A stretch of 63,158 nt of DNA, counting the filler, from Blastocystis sp. subtype 4 (taxonomy: Eukaryota), in assembly GCF_000743755.1 (NCBI RefSeq). It is 37 parts of 37 records of this genome, joined end to end, with 100 filler letters (N's around TTAATTAATTAA, not from the genome) between each part and the next. Parts side by side here need not be neighbours in the genome. Positions count along the whole stretch, not along the records: positions 24,434 to 26,070 come from NW_014568758.1; positions 26,171 to 27,753 come from NW_014568757.1; positions 27,854 to 29,465 come from NW_014568756.1; positions 29,566 to 31,277 come from NW_014568755.1; positions 31,378 to 32,956 come from NW_014568754.1; positions 33,057 to 34,623 come from NW_014568753.1; positions 34,724 to 36,290 come from NW_014568752.1; positions 36,391 to 37,957 come from NW_014568751.1; 29 more parts are not named here. One strand, given 5' to 3'. The position numbers and the translations under genes are program-made. This document shows positions 25,123-38,096 of this stretch, piece after piece (position 1 is the stretch's first letter; the number at the start of each line of letters is the position of its first letter). The notes beneath the pieces were generated by a model, which was not told the origin of the DNA, did no database searches, and saw only the letters and a program-made list of their open reading frames with translations.

Positions 25123-26070
25123 AAATCTCCTTATCATTATCCATTCTCTGTTCTTCTTCAATTCTCTTCGCTTGTTCCTCTGCCTCTCTCTTCAATCTAT
25201 CCTTTTCTTATTGTGTTTCCACTTTCATAGAATCAATCCTAGTTCTCATCTTGAATTCCATTTCTTACAAAGGAGGTTTATTCAAGAGTATAACCAACAC
25301 ACTCATATTGTCTTTGCTTCCTCGTTCAAGACTCAAATCAATGAAACTAGACAAGGCATCTTGTAATCGTTCATAACTCTGCTACAAATCACATCATTCA
25401 CATATGATAACCATAAACTCTGTAAACACTTCTCTCACTTCATCCATAGCATGGTTGATTATCCTCCATAACTATCAAGAATCGAAGAAACCAATCATCT
25501 CATCGAAACTCATTGATGGTGCTATCTAGTCATCCTTTCATGTGGAGAGTTGAAATCCAAAGGATATTTCTATTCCATTTCTCAACCCTTGGATTATCAT
25601 CATAATACAATAATATCCAGATTGTCAAGAGAACACTTCCTTTTCAACAACTGGATTATCCAAGATAGTCGGCATTCAGTGATGGATGGGAGTGAGGTCT
25701 TATACTAGCTGACATCAGACCTTATCGATGATATCAGTTGGTTGAGAGAAATCAAGTGAACAATTGGAATCAATGTGAATACAACCATAACCGAAAACAG
25801 TATTGGATACTGAGATTAATATGTATTGCATTTGATTGAGCATAGCATTGATGTGGCTAGAGTATAGTATCGTTTATCAAAACAACAGATTATCCTTTAG
25901 CATTAGAAACAGTTTTGGATTAATCATTGTTTGAGAATAGAGATGTGAAGAAGGTGTAAATAGTCTTTGATGATTGTAATGAATGGATAATTGAATCGAA
26001 AAGGATTGTTCCAAATGAATGATCGATTCGATGATTTGCCTTGAATGATTATTGAGTAGTGCATCTGACT
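25123..26070 (-). pseudogene. PP2C-like phosphatase pseudogene (repeat copy)
   Basis: Reads LQDALSSFIDLSLERGSKDNMSVLVIL (PP2C-type GSxDNxS motif) with stops; homologous to 33200-34191. Confidence 0.55.
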
Positions 26071-26799
26071 NNNNNNNNNNNNNNNNNNNNNNNNNNNNNN
26101 NNNNNNNNNNNNNNTTAATTAATTAANNNNNNNNNNNNNNNNNNNNNNNNNNNNNNNNNNNNNNNNNNNNCTTATTATCATTCAATACACTCTCTTTCAA
26201 GTACTCTTTCCACTTCATTCTCCAGTCTACTCCATTCATCTTCTTTGATATTGATTCAACATTATCTACACTCATATTCTTATTATCAATCATTAATCCT
26301 CGAATATGATCTATCTGTTCAACATTACCTATTTGCATTCATAGGAATTCAATTCATCAATCCTCATTCTCTAATCATTGACTGTTCTTATGAAGTTCAA
26401 GATGATCCCATACTATTACTACTATTAGATCTGATTACATGTTTTGTAAGTGCTGTAGCGATGGATTATATACTAATAGAGCAATGTGGTAGAATGAATA
26501 CTATTATATTAGTCATTGATTATCAATTTACACTATATATACTACTGAACATGTATGAAAATGGTTTTAATCAATCAGACAATACTAGGATTATTGTTCT
26601 AAAGGAATCAAACTGATCAAACCAGACTTAGGAACAATCATTCTTACAATATATCTTAGGAATTGATGTGATGAAGTGAATGTATTGCATCAATTGCCAT
26701 GTTTCGTGATATGAGTGCTACACAACAAATGATGAATAGACAATCAACAGTTTTGCTGAGTATTCTATCTCTCTGAAACGAATTCAGCTTCATTTGACT

Positions 26800-27210
26800 G
26801 AAGAAATTGATGAGCCTTCTTGAAACAATTGAGAGTGATTTGGTGTATTGTCTCATGATGACTCCAAATTGGAACGAAGTTGGGTTGTGGGGATTAAACA
26901 ACAGACTGAGGTACAGGATAATAGTAAATGGAGTGGATATTAGTCAGTTGGATTTGGAGGATCTCTGGTCTCATATCATTATTATCCACAGAAACCTCTT
27001 TTGTTCTCCTGAATAGGCGTAGTACTCTGGATCCATTCAGTGAGTACTAGGATGAATCCATCTGGTCAATTTTGGACAAGCTAGCTTGCGAACTGTGATC
27101 TCAGAAGCTCCTGCTGAATTGGATACCTCTGTAGAAAAGCATGGATGCAATTATGCGGTGGGTCAGCTTCAACTTCTGTTATTGCAAGAGCATTATTGAG
27201 AAAATCAAAG
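26800..27210 (+). pseudogene. Degenerate ABCC/MRP transporter NBD fragment
   Basis: NGVDISQLDLEDL..LDPFSEY..HGCNYAVGQLQLL..RKSK with stops and frameshifts. Confidence 0.65.
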
Positions 27211-27367
27211 GATTTCTCAGTATGTCTATCACAATACTTTTTTTACATCCTTGATTCTGTTCACTAGTTTCCTCATCAGAGGGGATGTGTCATCTGAGAT
27301 TTCCTCTTCCGATGCTACCATCTGTTGAGCAATTCTCGATACAACTGCTCATTCCATTTTGTAAGCT

Positions 27368-27753
27368 ATGAAATTCCTTTCAATTGCTCTTATTGTGTTA
27401 GCATTGGCCTCAGCTAGTAACTGGGTTGTGCTGGTGTGTGGATCCAAGGGAATAGCTAATTATCGTCACCATGCTGATATGTACAGTTTATTCATATTTC
27501 TCATTCTATAGTTCGCATGCTTATCAGATTGTGAAGGCTGGAGGTATTGATCCTGACCACATTATTACTATGATGTTCAACGATGTCCCTACTAATCCTT
27601 ACAATCCTTTCCCTGGTGAATTGTACAACCATCCTGGTGATGATGCTCGTGATGTCTATGCTGGTGTTGTTGTGGATTATGAGAAGACAGAAGTATCTCC
27701 TGAGAATCTGGTAAAGGTTTTGACTGGAGATGAAAGCACTGGAAAGAAGGTTC
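27368..27753 (+). CDS. Legumain (C13 asparaginyl endopeptidase), 3'-partial
   Basis: Signal peptide, NWVVLVCGS..NYRHHAD|ISHAYQ, IITMMFND, NPFPG, DVYAGVVVDY. Confidence 0.93.
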
Positions 27754-27853
27754 NNNNNNNNNNNNNNNNNNNNNNNNNNNNNNNNNNNNNNNNNNNNTTA
27801 ATTAATTAANNNNNNNNNNNNNNNNNNNNNNNNNNNNNNNNNNNNNNNNNNNN

Positions 27854-28382
27854 TCTCTCAACAAGTGATTACTACTATGATGTGCTTGTGATGAAGTGAT
27901 AGGTGAGTGATGTGTAGAGTCAGGAATATGCCAATGGACGATATATGCGACTACTGGTGAAATTGGCAACAGTGAATGAACGAAGTGATGAGAATGGAAG
28001 TCTGGCTTGGAGTGATACAGGAGATCGATACATCCTTCGTTTGTTTCGTGACTATGTGTTCCATCAGAAGGATGAGCAAGGACGAAATGTGGTGGATTTT
28101 GGTCATGTATTGGATTCATTAGCAAAACTGGATGTTGGTGATCCAGAGTCAATTCCATTGTGTTCTCCTGATGGAAAGACACTTCTAGTGTGTAGTTATG
28201 AAGATGTGAAGCGTTGTTTAGAGAATGTGTATGGTGAACTTGTGAATCAGAGTCAATCCTTGTTCTCTGAAGCAACACTGTTTCCAAAGTATGGTGTTCC
28301 AATGATCAAAGGGCGGTCATCTGTTGATCCGATGAGTTATAATCCAATGTCCCAATCTGTTTCTCGACCACCATGGCTATAA
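27854..28382 (+). CDS. PAN3: PAN3 deadenylase subunit, C-terminal knob domain
   Basis: RLLVKLATVNER..WSDTGDRYILRLFRDYVFHQ..DFGHVLDSLAKLDVG. Confidence 0.9.
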
Positions 28383-28457
28383 CCTGAAAACAAAACCAAC
28401 CAAGATAAACATGTGATCTGTTTCTTTGTAAACAGTTCAGAGTACATAAACACACAT

Positions 28458-28538
28458 TCACCAGAACCGACGACCACTTTCTTTGATGTTCTTCACTATC
28501 GCTTCAATTGTCTTCTGGTCCTCATCTGTACAACCTTC
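28458..28538 (-). CDS. 3' end of an unidentified gene convergent on PAN3
   Basis: EGCTDEDQKTIEAIVKNIKESGRRFW TGA followed by a TGTTT-like tract. Confidence 0.35.
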   Translation of the reverse strand, partial: EGCTDEDQKTIEAIVKNIKESGRRFW

Positions 28539-29103
28539 AGGATGACACCATTGTTCCTGAAGAGCTGCTATTACCATTCCTAGTCTCTCTTCCAAAGAAA
28601 TGAACAATGGACGAATGAATAGATTGAAGAACTACATTACATTCTGTTCCATACAACTCACCATATGAAAACTGAAATAGGCCAAACACATAATCAACAC
28701 TTTGAACAGTACAAAGATGTATTTGTCTACATCCATTAAACCAACTAACAGATTTGTACATTCAGGATCTTCTTCAATGTCATAGTTCAGAACTACTTCT
28801 CTCTCTTCTGATTTACGATCATCATTTGCTTTATCACATTCCTCTTCTTCAATTGAATCATTACCATTGCAATTCTCAACAGACTATGACTCAACACTTC
28901 CAACAACAACACACTTTCTCTTCCTTCTTTCTCTCACGAATTTCTATACTCATCACAATCATCCACAACCTATTACCTTCTTCCATTGGCTTTAATTGAA
29001 TACAAACACAATTGACAGTTTCATTTCAATGAAACGGCTGTCTATTCAATCATCAATAACTAACAAACAGATCACACAATCACTTGTATCTAATCTACAA
29101 TCC

Positions 29104-29465
29104 TTATTTCTTCTTCTGGTTGATCTTCTTGTGATAGAAGGCAAGTTCCTCATCCTCAAGAANGTAACCATCAGCACGACCACTCTGACCAGGACGAGAA
29201 CTGATACGAGCCAACAGCTTTCCAGAAGCCAATTGCTCAATTACCTCCTTCTGCTCAACAATCGAAGCCTGTCTCTTCTGCAACTTAGCAAGTACAGACT
29301 TACTCTTTCCTTCAGCCTTCGTCAGATCATCCAGAGCCAACTCACCCTTAGCACCGATCTTGCAAACATAGTGCTTCTCAAACCAGGCCTTGAAAGGAGT
29401 GGCATCAATTGAAACAATACAACCCTTCACAATCGTGTTCGTACGCACCAATTCATTGTTGGAAG
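29104..29465 (-). CDS. RPS8: 40S ribosomal protein S8 (eS8), 5'-partial
   Basis: LVRTNTIVK..IDATPF..ISSRPGQSGRADGY.LE.EEL.FY. Confidence 0.97.
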
Positions 29466-29565
29466 NNNNNNNNNNNNNNNNNNNNNNNNNNNNNNNNNNN
29501 NNNNNNNNNTTAATTAATTAANNNNNNNNNNNNNNNNNNNNNNNNNNNNNNNNNNNNNNNNNNNN

Positions 29566-30390
29566 AGACCAACCTGATGTATCATCACCAAACCAATTGT
29601 TAGGTACTTCACCCATCTTATAATACCATTGTTCTGAATGATTGATAGAAGGACGACGAACATACACATTATGAACATTATTCTGATAACCATCATATCG
29701 TCCTTTCAGAACCATCTCCTCTTCACCATCAGGTAACATGTGATACAAATAGAAATAGGAATCACGAAACCAACTGGTGTTCGTTGAATTGAACACAACA
29801 TCAAATCGATCCACATCAATATCCATACAATGAGTCCAATCGTGATCAGCAGGATGTGTATGGTTAACTGGAACTTCAAATATCACATTACCAGTCGCTG
29901 TATCATAAATACTGAAGAATTCTAACTCAGGACGCGATTAATAGGTTCGAACAATCTTATAATTCAAACATTCATCTCTTCTTGATTGCAAAGGATTCAT
30001 ATTGATAATCGAGGAAGAAAGTGAAAACTGTACAATTTCAACACTCTTCTCTGTCATTATGGTTTCTATCACAATGGCACCAGTCATATCTCGAATCACA
30101 ATCCAACCACCATCACTCCAACCATCATTTCCAGTTCCAGCAGCTTGAGACAATACAAGGAAGAAACAGAGAAAGGTAAACACACTTCCAATACCTGTTC
30201 TTGATTATCTTCAAACAATGGAGAAGAATACAACAACATATCTCCTCCAAAGAGCTGAAACGATTCCTCCTTTGCAAATAGAAGACTTCTTTTCGTAATA
30301 TTCACATACACTTCATTAGGAGCACATTTATTACCAGAAACAAGTCCAACTAACGATAATAGCCACTGCCCTCAATAATACCTACCAACA
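29566..30390 (-). pseudogene. N-terminal part of the large surface-protein family, frame-disrupted
   Basis: Signal-like N-terminus, EESFQL..YSSP, DGWSDGGW, similar to 43920-44638; split across frames. Confidence 0.55.
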
Positions 30391-30561
30391 ACACGACAAT
30401 CACACGATATAGTATAGTAGAACGAAACCAAGCTATCTCTATATCAGAAGTACTGTTTCTTTACAACTAACATTTCTCATATTCATGATATAATAATCAT
30501 AACATACCTAACTAACTACTGAACGTGCATGACGGTTATTTGTTCTTTGTATTACAACACA

Positions 30562-31277
30562 TCAATTCTCTCTTTTAGATACCAACACTATTACACTTAG
30601 TCTATAACTGATTTCAATCGTATTATTCTCACTTTTCATTACTTCTGTTTTGAAAGGAGCTATAACAACAGAGGATCTATTATGAGATCTGATGTCATTG
30701 AGTTCGGGAGGGAGGTGCTGGATACTTCCTACAACGGCAATAGTGTGACAGTAGTTTGCATTGATAACTGAGTCATAAACATGGAAGATGGTGTAGTTCA
30801 CAAGGTATCATACAACCACGAATAGCATCACTAATATGTAGACTTATTTGATAGATGCTGATATGGTAACAGATAGGATAATAGGTACGAATAATCTGGG
30901 TGATGATATTGAAGGTTGTGTGACGATAAAGACTTTCTGTAATTGTGTATGAGTTATCAACAATAGTAGTGTATATTGATGTATGTTACGTATTATTGTA
31001 ACCGACAAATCATTGCTAGCTTGAACCTCCAACCCTGGATAGCTATAAAGGGAAGTGGTAGCAGACAAATCAGTCTTGAAAAAGCCCATACCAAAAAGGC
31101 AAATAGCCATAAAGAAGCTCGAAAGGGCAGACATTTTGATAACAAATTGGACATATCCAACCAATTTCATGTCAAAAGATGGATACTTGACATCTTTCTT
31201 CTCTCGCATAACAACATGTGAACCATCTTCTCGAGTACTAACTGTAAGAGGATTATACTTATTAGATTTGCTAATTC
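30562..31277 (-). CDS. Hypothetical membrane protein fragment
   Basis: Two minus-strand ORFs with hydrophobic segments separated by an intron-sized gap. Confidence 0.35.
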
Positions 31278-31377
31278 NNNNNNNNNNNNNNNNNNNNNNN
31301 NNNNNNNNNNNNNNNNNNNNNTTAATTAATTAANNNNNNNNNNNNNNNNNNNNNNNNNNNNNNNNNNNNNNNNNNNN

Positions 31378-31906
31378 ACTTGCCTTCACTTGAATCCATA
31401 TCTATTGGAAGCTATTCATTCTGTCATTGTCATTCAGTTCGATTTGAGAGTAATGATTGAATGAAGGAGTAATAATAAGATCTGACATGTTTTCACTCCA
31501 TGTATTTCTATCAAGGAGCATTTCTAGGAGATTTGGGAGATGATCGTAAATCGAATAGCACAGCTCCTTTCAATTATCGAAACATTCTAACAATGAAGAG
31601 TGATGAATAGAAGCAAGAATGATGATTAGATCTGAATCATCTTGTGTCAATGTATGTAGCTCCCGTTTGTTTCTCATTCATTGGATCTGTTGTTTTGGAG
31701 AGTATGAGTAATGAATTGAGTTGAGAGTAGATATTCCAGTTCTCACTTCAGTCGATATCGTTACCATAACTTCTTCCTTATTAAATCCATTTGAGAATGT
31801 TTATGAATTGAATGCAACGAGTCTGATTAAGAGTTGAAGATAAGATGTAGATGCTGTTGCTCTTGAATCGTTTATTCGAAGCCGAAGTTCTTATGTGTTC
31901 AGATAG
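31378..31906 (+). CDS. LRR protein 3' end
   Basis: Paralogue of 12322-13225; stop TAG 31904-31906, TGTTTGTT 31909-31916. Confidence 0.8.
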
Positions 31907-31974
31907 TCTGTTTGTTCCAAGTCATGAGTTGTAAGCTCATTCTCAAATTCAAATAATCTATCAACAAACAAGAG

Positions 31975-32940
31975 AAATCTCCTTATCATTATCCATTCTC
32001 TGTTCTTCTTCAATTCTCTTCGCTTTGTTCCTCTGACTCTCTCTTCAATCGATCCTGTTTCTTATTGGGTTTCCACTTTCACAGAATCAATCCTAGTTCT
32101 CATCTTGAATTCCATTTCTTACAAAGAAGGTTGATTCAAGAGTACAACCAATACACTCATATTGTCTTTGCTTCCTCGTTCAAGACTCAAATCAAGCAAA
32201 CTAGACAAGGCATCTTGTAATCGTTCATATCTCTACTACAAATCACATCATCAACTCTGTTAACACTTCTCTCACTTCATCCATATCATGGTTGATTATC
32301 CTCCATAACTATCAAGAATCGAAGAAACCAATCATCTCATCGAAACTCATTGATGATGCTATCTAGTCATCCTTTCATGTGGAGAGTTGAAATCCAAAGG
32401 TTATTTCTATCCCATTTCTCACTCTTGGATTATCATCATAATACAATAATATCCAGATTGTCAAGAGAACACTTCCTTTTCAACAACTGGTTTATCCAAG
32501 ATAGTCAGCATTCAGTGATGGATGGGAGTGAGGTCTTATACTAGCTGATATCAGACCTTATCGATGATATCGGTTGAGAGAAATCAAGTGAAGAATTGGA
32601 ATCAATGTGAATACAACCATAACCGAAAACAGTATTGGATACTGAGATTAATATGTATTGCATTTGATTGAGCATAGCATTGATGTGGCTAGAGTATAGT
32701 ATCNTTTATCAAAACAACAGATTATCCTTTAGCATTAGAAACAGTATTGGATTAATCATTGTTTGAGAATAGAGATGTGAAGAAGGTGTAAATAGTACTT
32801 TGATGATTGTAATGAATGGATAATTGAATCGAAAAGGATTGTTCCAAATGAATGATCGATTCGATGATTTGCCTTGAATGATTATTGAGTAGTACATCTG
32901 ACTAAATGGAAGAATAAACATTTCACTTTGTTCTTAATCA
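31975..32940 (-). pseudogene. PP2C-like pseudogene (repeat copy)
   Basis: Near-identical to 25123-26070. Confidence 0.55.
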
Positions 32941-33199
32941 CCTATCAGGTTGACTCNNNNNNNNNNNNNNNNNNNNNNNNNNNNNNNNNNNNNNNNNNNN
33001 TTAATTAATTAANNNNNNNNNNNNNNNNNNNNNNNNNNNNNNNNNNNNNNNNNNNNGGGCCTTTTTGTCTGCATTTTACTGGCGATTTTGTCTGGTAGGG
33101 TTAACCCTGTATAGCTACCCAGGGTTGGAGGCCCATGTTTGCGACGGTTTGTCTGGATAATAAAAATACGTAACATGCGTCAAAACACTACTACTTATG

Positions 33200-34191
33200 T
33201 TATCATTATTTCGAACCAAACTGCAAGACGATTTAGAACAAACTCATTGTGTTGATTCTTCCATTCAGTAAGATGCATTAATCATTATTCATTCAAGATG
33301 AACCAACAAATCGATCATTCACTTGGGACACTCCATTCATTACAATCGTCAAACTACTATTCACATCTTCTTCAGATCCTCTTTCTCAAACATCAATCAA
33401 TCCAATACTCTCCAAATACCAAATGTGAATCTGTTATGTTTCATAGACCATACTAGATTCTATCTCACATCATTCTAATCATCAATCCAATTCAATACAC
33501 ATCATTCTCAGTATCCAATGCTCATTCCAGTTATGCTTCTATTCACATTCATTCCAATTCTTGCTTCATGTCTCTCAAGTACTTGATATCATTCACACAC
33601 CCTGATGTCAGCTAGTGTAACACCTCATTACCATCTAACATCCAATCCATTATCTTCCAATAACCAATTGTTCATAACGAAGTATTCTCTTCTAACAATC
33701 TGGATATGAAGCTCCCATCATCTCAATGCAATCATTAAGAAGTGGAATCGAAGCTTTTGGATTCATCTCTTCATATGAAAGGATCACTAGATAGCACCAT
33801 CAATCAGTTTCGATCAGATCATTCGTTTATCGATTCTTGAGGTCAAAGAGGATAATCAACCATGATATGGATGGAGTGAGTGAAGTCATGATAGAGTTGA
33901 TCGTTATCATTTGTGAATTATGTGATTTATAGTAGAGTTATGAAAGATTACAAGATGCCTTGTCTAGTTTCATTTATTCGAGTCTTGAACGAGGAAGCAA
34001 AGACAATATGAGTGTGTTGGTTATACTCTTCAATCAAACTCCTTTCTAAGAAATCGAATTCAAGATGACAACTACGATTGATTCTATGAAAGTGGAAGCC
34101 CAATAAGAAAAGGATCGATGGAAGAGAGAGTCAGAGGAACAAGGGAAGAAAATTGAAGAAGAACAGAGAATGGATAATGATAAGGAGATTT
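33200..34191 (+). pseudogene. PP2C-like pseudogene (repeat copy)
   Basis: MDGVSEV..ERGSKDNMSVLVIL, charged tail, ends GAG ATT T|CTCT TGTTTGTT. Confidence 0.55.
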
Positions 34192-34272
34192 CTCTTGTTT
34201 GTTGATAGATCATTTGAATCTGAGAATGAAGTTACAACTCATAACTTGGAACAAAGAGACTATATGAACGAA

Positions 34273-34623
34273 CTAGACATAAGAACTCCGGCTTTGAATA
34301 AACGATTCAAGAGCAACAGCATCTACATCTTATCTTCAAATGTTAATCACACTCGTTGCATTCAATTCATAAACACTAGCAAATTGATAATTAATATTTC
34401 CAGTAGTAATATCAACTGAAGTGAGAGTTGGTATATCTACTCTCAACTCAATTCATTACTCATACTCTCCAAAACAACAGATCCAATATATCTGAAACAA
34501 TAGGAAGGAATATGCAATGAAATGAGATGATTCAGATCTAATCATCATTCTTGCTTCTATTCATCACTCTTCATTGTTAGAGTGTTTCGATAATTGAAAG
34601 GAGCTGTGCTATTCGATTTACGA
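34273..34623 (-). CDS. LRR protein 3' end
   Basis: Reverse complement of the terminal LRR exons and introns seen at 12880-13225. Confidence 0.8.
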
Positions 34624-34723
34624 NNNNNNNNNNNNNNNNNNNNNNNNNNNNNNNNNNNNNNNNNNNNTTAATTAATTAANNNNNNNNNNNNNNNNNNNNN
34701 NNNNNNNNNNNNNNNNNNNNNNN

Positions 34724-34947
34724 TTGATGTCACTATTCAAGTATGGAATGAAGTGGGATCTGAAGAGACAACTCTGACTCTTGTTGTGAAGAGATTCACA
34801 ATCTTGGCGATAGTATTGATGACTATTGGTGGTGTAATCCTATTCTGTTTTGTAGTTCTGGTTATGACTAGAATGGTTTCAATTAAGACAAGAACTCACA
34901 AAGGATCCTTGAAAACACTCAAGAAGAAAAGGTATCAGAAGATTTGA
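34724..34947 (+). CDS. Surface protein C-terminus (Ig-like end, TM, basic tail)
   Basis: VWNEVGSEETTLTL, TM, KKKRYQKI; TGTTTGTT downstream. Confidence 0.6.
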
Positions 34948-35689
34948 AGACATAATCCTTCATCTAAGAATCTGTTTGTTGAGAAATACATTTGGAGAAT
35001 ATGTATAAGTTAATGGAACATGGAACACAACGAATCTAATCGTTCATAGATAATACGAATGATTGTATCCATTGACTGTAATCAGATAGTAGAATGGTTC
35101 ATACATTTTCATAAGAACTCCAACCATAGAGATGATTCCTGAGATTACTATCATTTCTCCTATCCAAATCAAACTTGATGATTAGAATAAGGAAGTCAGT
35201 CAAAGTCTATTCTTCAAACTGTGTTAATTGAAAGGTGATGGTTGTTTAGTAAGTTAAAAGACTATAACAGTTATGGAATAAGGCCATCATGTTCTGAAGG
35301 AGAGACAGATACTTCACATTTCACAACTCATTCAATCCTCTTTATCATCATCTCAGGATATTACATCAACAGAACTTATCAATTCATTTCATTGTTAGTG
35401 ATTTTCAGATCCTATGACTTGGACCATTCCAGATCACTGTCTCGATTGGAAATGGAGATTGAAGTATGGATGATGTGTAGTTGAGAAGAGTCACACTAGA
35501 TAGAATCATCATCATTCTTGTAATGGTTCCATTTTCACGACTACTCTCCAAGCAACTGGAATCTGTTTAACAAGAGCATAGAAGGTTAAGGAAAAACAAA
35601 TCAATGTGACAACTGATACATTTGAAGGAATCAAACTGATCATATCTAGACTTGGGAACAATCATTCTTACACATATCTCAAGAATCCA

Positions 35690-36290
35690 ATGTGAATACA
35701 ACCATAACTGGAATCAGCATTGGATATTGAATGATGTGAGCCAGAGTTAGGATCGTTTATCAAACATAACGGATTCACATTTGGTATTGAAGAGAGTATT
35801 GGATTGATTGATGTTTGAGAATAGAGCATCTGAAGAAGGTGTAAATAGTACTTTGGTGATTGTAATGAATGGATTGTTGAATCAGTAAGGATTCTCCCAA
35901 GTGAATGATCCATTTGTGGTTCGTCTTGAATGAATAATGATTAATGCATCTTACTGAATGGAAGAATCATCACAATCACTTTGTTCTTAATCATCTTGCA
36001 GTTTGGTTCGAAATAGTGATAACATAACTCATTTTGACACCTCTTATCGACAATTAGGTGGTTTAGCTAGTCAGGGTTGAAGTTTCATGTTTTGACGGAT
36101 TGTCTGGATTGAATTTGTATATGACATAGATTAATAGTCTACTACTTAGTATGAGATGAATAGAAAGAAGAATTGATGAATAGAAACTGGCTTTCATCAT
36201 AAGAGTTCAGCAGTGAATATGATATAAGATTGTTGAATAGACACGAATAGGGTAAGTAGTTAAGGATTGTTTAATCAGTGGTGTTCATCT
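35690..36290 (-). repeat. 5' part and upstream flank of the PP2C-like repeat
   Basis: Reverse-complement similarity to 50420-51040 and 33200-33550. Confidence 0.8.
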
Positions 36291-36829
36291 NNNNNNNNNN
36301 NNNNNNNNNNNNNNNNNNNNNNNNNNNNNNNNNNTTAATTAATTAANNNNNNNNNNNNNNNNNNNNNNNNNNNNNNNNNNNNNNNNNNNNGAGAATGATT
36401 GAATATGATGATTGAATAGAATGAATATGAATAGAAGATGAAATGATATAAGAATGAGTAGAATGACAATGAGATAGTATTTGGAGATAATATGAGTAGA
36501 TTTGTTAATCAATAGCATTTGTGATGATGATAGTAATGATGATATGATGATAGAGTTAGCGCTTAAGGAGCATGAAATGTGAAAGAATCATGAATGAAAC
36601 TCTTGTATGCTCAGTGATATTGATAATCAAAGTAGTCACACTGTTCAATTGACCATTTCCCCGTTTTGATCAACTTATCATGTGACTCATTTCTCATAGT
36701 TCTATTCATTCAATTACTTATGTTTGAAGATAGTTTGATGTAACTGAGATTGAATTTGTATTTGATTGATATGAATTCTGAAGAATCTGATATGAATGAA
36801 TTGAAACACATCTTTGAGTTGGATAATAG

Positions 36830-37468
36830 TCACTCTGTTCCATGTTTCAGTTCATAATATTGAGTACTAATTATCAACAAACAATCAACAGGATTCAAAA
36901 CAAATGATGTCACTTCATATTTCAATAAGCTTCTCATAGGATGGTTGCAATTCTCATTTCAAACCAACTATCCCTTTCCATTCTCTGAATTGTTCTAATG
37001 GTCCTTCTTTTGCAGTATTAACATCTCTGTCATATTGGGTATGACATTCCACAAAGATCTTCCAATTGTTTAATACTGTCCGCTTATTAAGGATAGAATG
37101 TTGAGAATCGATTCCTAAGATGTACGCTCCTTATGTTTCGTCTTCTAGATTTAAGCGATGTTTGGCATAATAGTTGATAATTTCAAAATAGGATGGTTTG
37201 TTCTAGTAGCATATAAACAGAATGATTTTGCCAAGTTTAGCATATTACTTTGAGTTCAAACAAGAATGGCTCGTATGCTACTGATAGAATTCAATGGATA
37301 ATATAATGATGATTTGTTATTGAGTGATGAAGAGATACCAGGTTTATTGTTGTTTACTATAGATTGAAGAATGGAATTATTGAATAGAAGAACATGAAAG
37401 AATATGATTAAATAGATAATAACGGTTAATAATGGTATTGTTATTGAAGTATGCTTCACATGTGCCAT
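36830..37468 (-). pseudogene. Degenerate type II membrane protein gene
   Basis: N-terminal TM ORF followed by stop-riddled coding-like sequence. Confidence 0.3.
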
Positions 37469-38096
37469 AATACACCTATCAAATGTAACATCAACAATAG
37501 GGGAGATTGACTATTATCAATTATTCAAATCGTCTGATAACTCAATTTACGGATAATTAAAACCCCTGTATAAACTAGTTAATGCCACCTCTTTAGGGTA
37601 TCAAATAGAATGAACATTATTGGGAAATGAGGAAAGTGCGACACTAAATGAACATAGACAGTAATTTAAGGAATCAAAACAATATATCTATCAACGGATA
37701 ATTACGATGGTAACATAAGGAAGACTTGACAGAGAGATGTGCTTCAACGAAATGTAAGGGTGAATGAAATGGATAATTGATAGATGATTGGAAAGAGTAT
37801 TGATGATAGAAGTGAATATGATAACATATGAATGAAATAGAGATGATTTGAAAGAGAAAGAGAGTGAAATAGAATAAGGAAATAGAAGTGAATTTAATAT
37901 ATGAATTGATTGTTTGTCTGAAGAAGAGTGTTTGAAATTGTGAATTGATATTGATTGNNNNNNNNNNNNNNNNNNNNNNNNNNNNNNNNNNNNNNNNNNN
38001 NTTAATTAATTAANNNNNNNNNNNNNNNNNNNNNNNNNNNNNNNNNNNNNNNNNNNNGTTGTTCTATCAATTGTGTCGCTCATTTACTTATAAAGA

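Noticed and set aside
33096..33110. AGGGTTAACCCT as telomere seed or telomerase template
   Set aside because: Single short occurrence and not conserved in the homologous segments at 36061-36109 and 50605-50656
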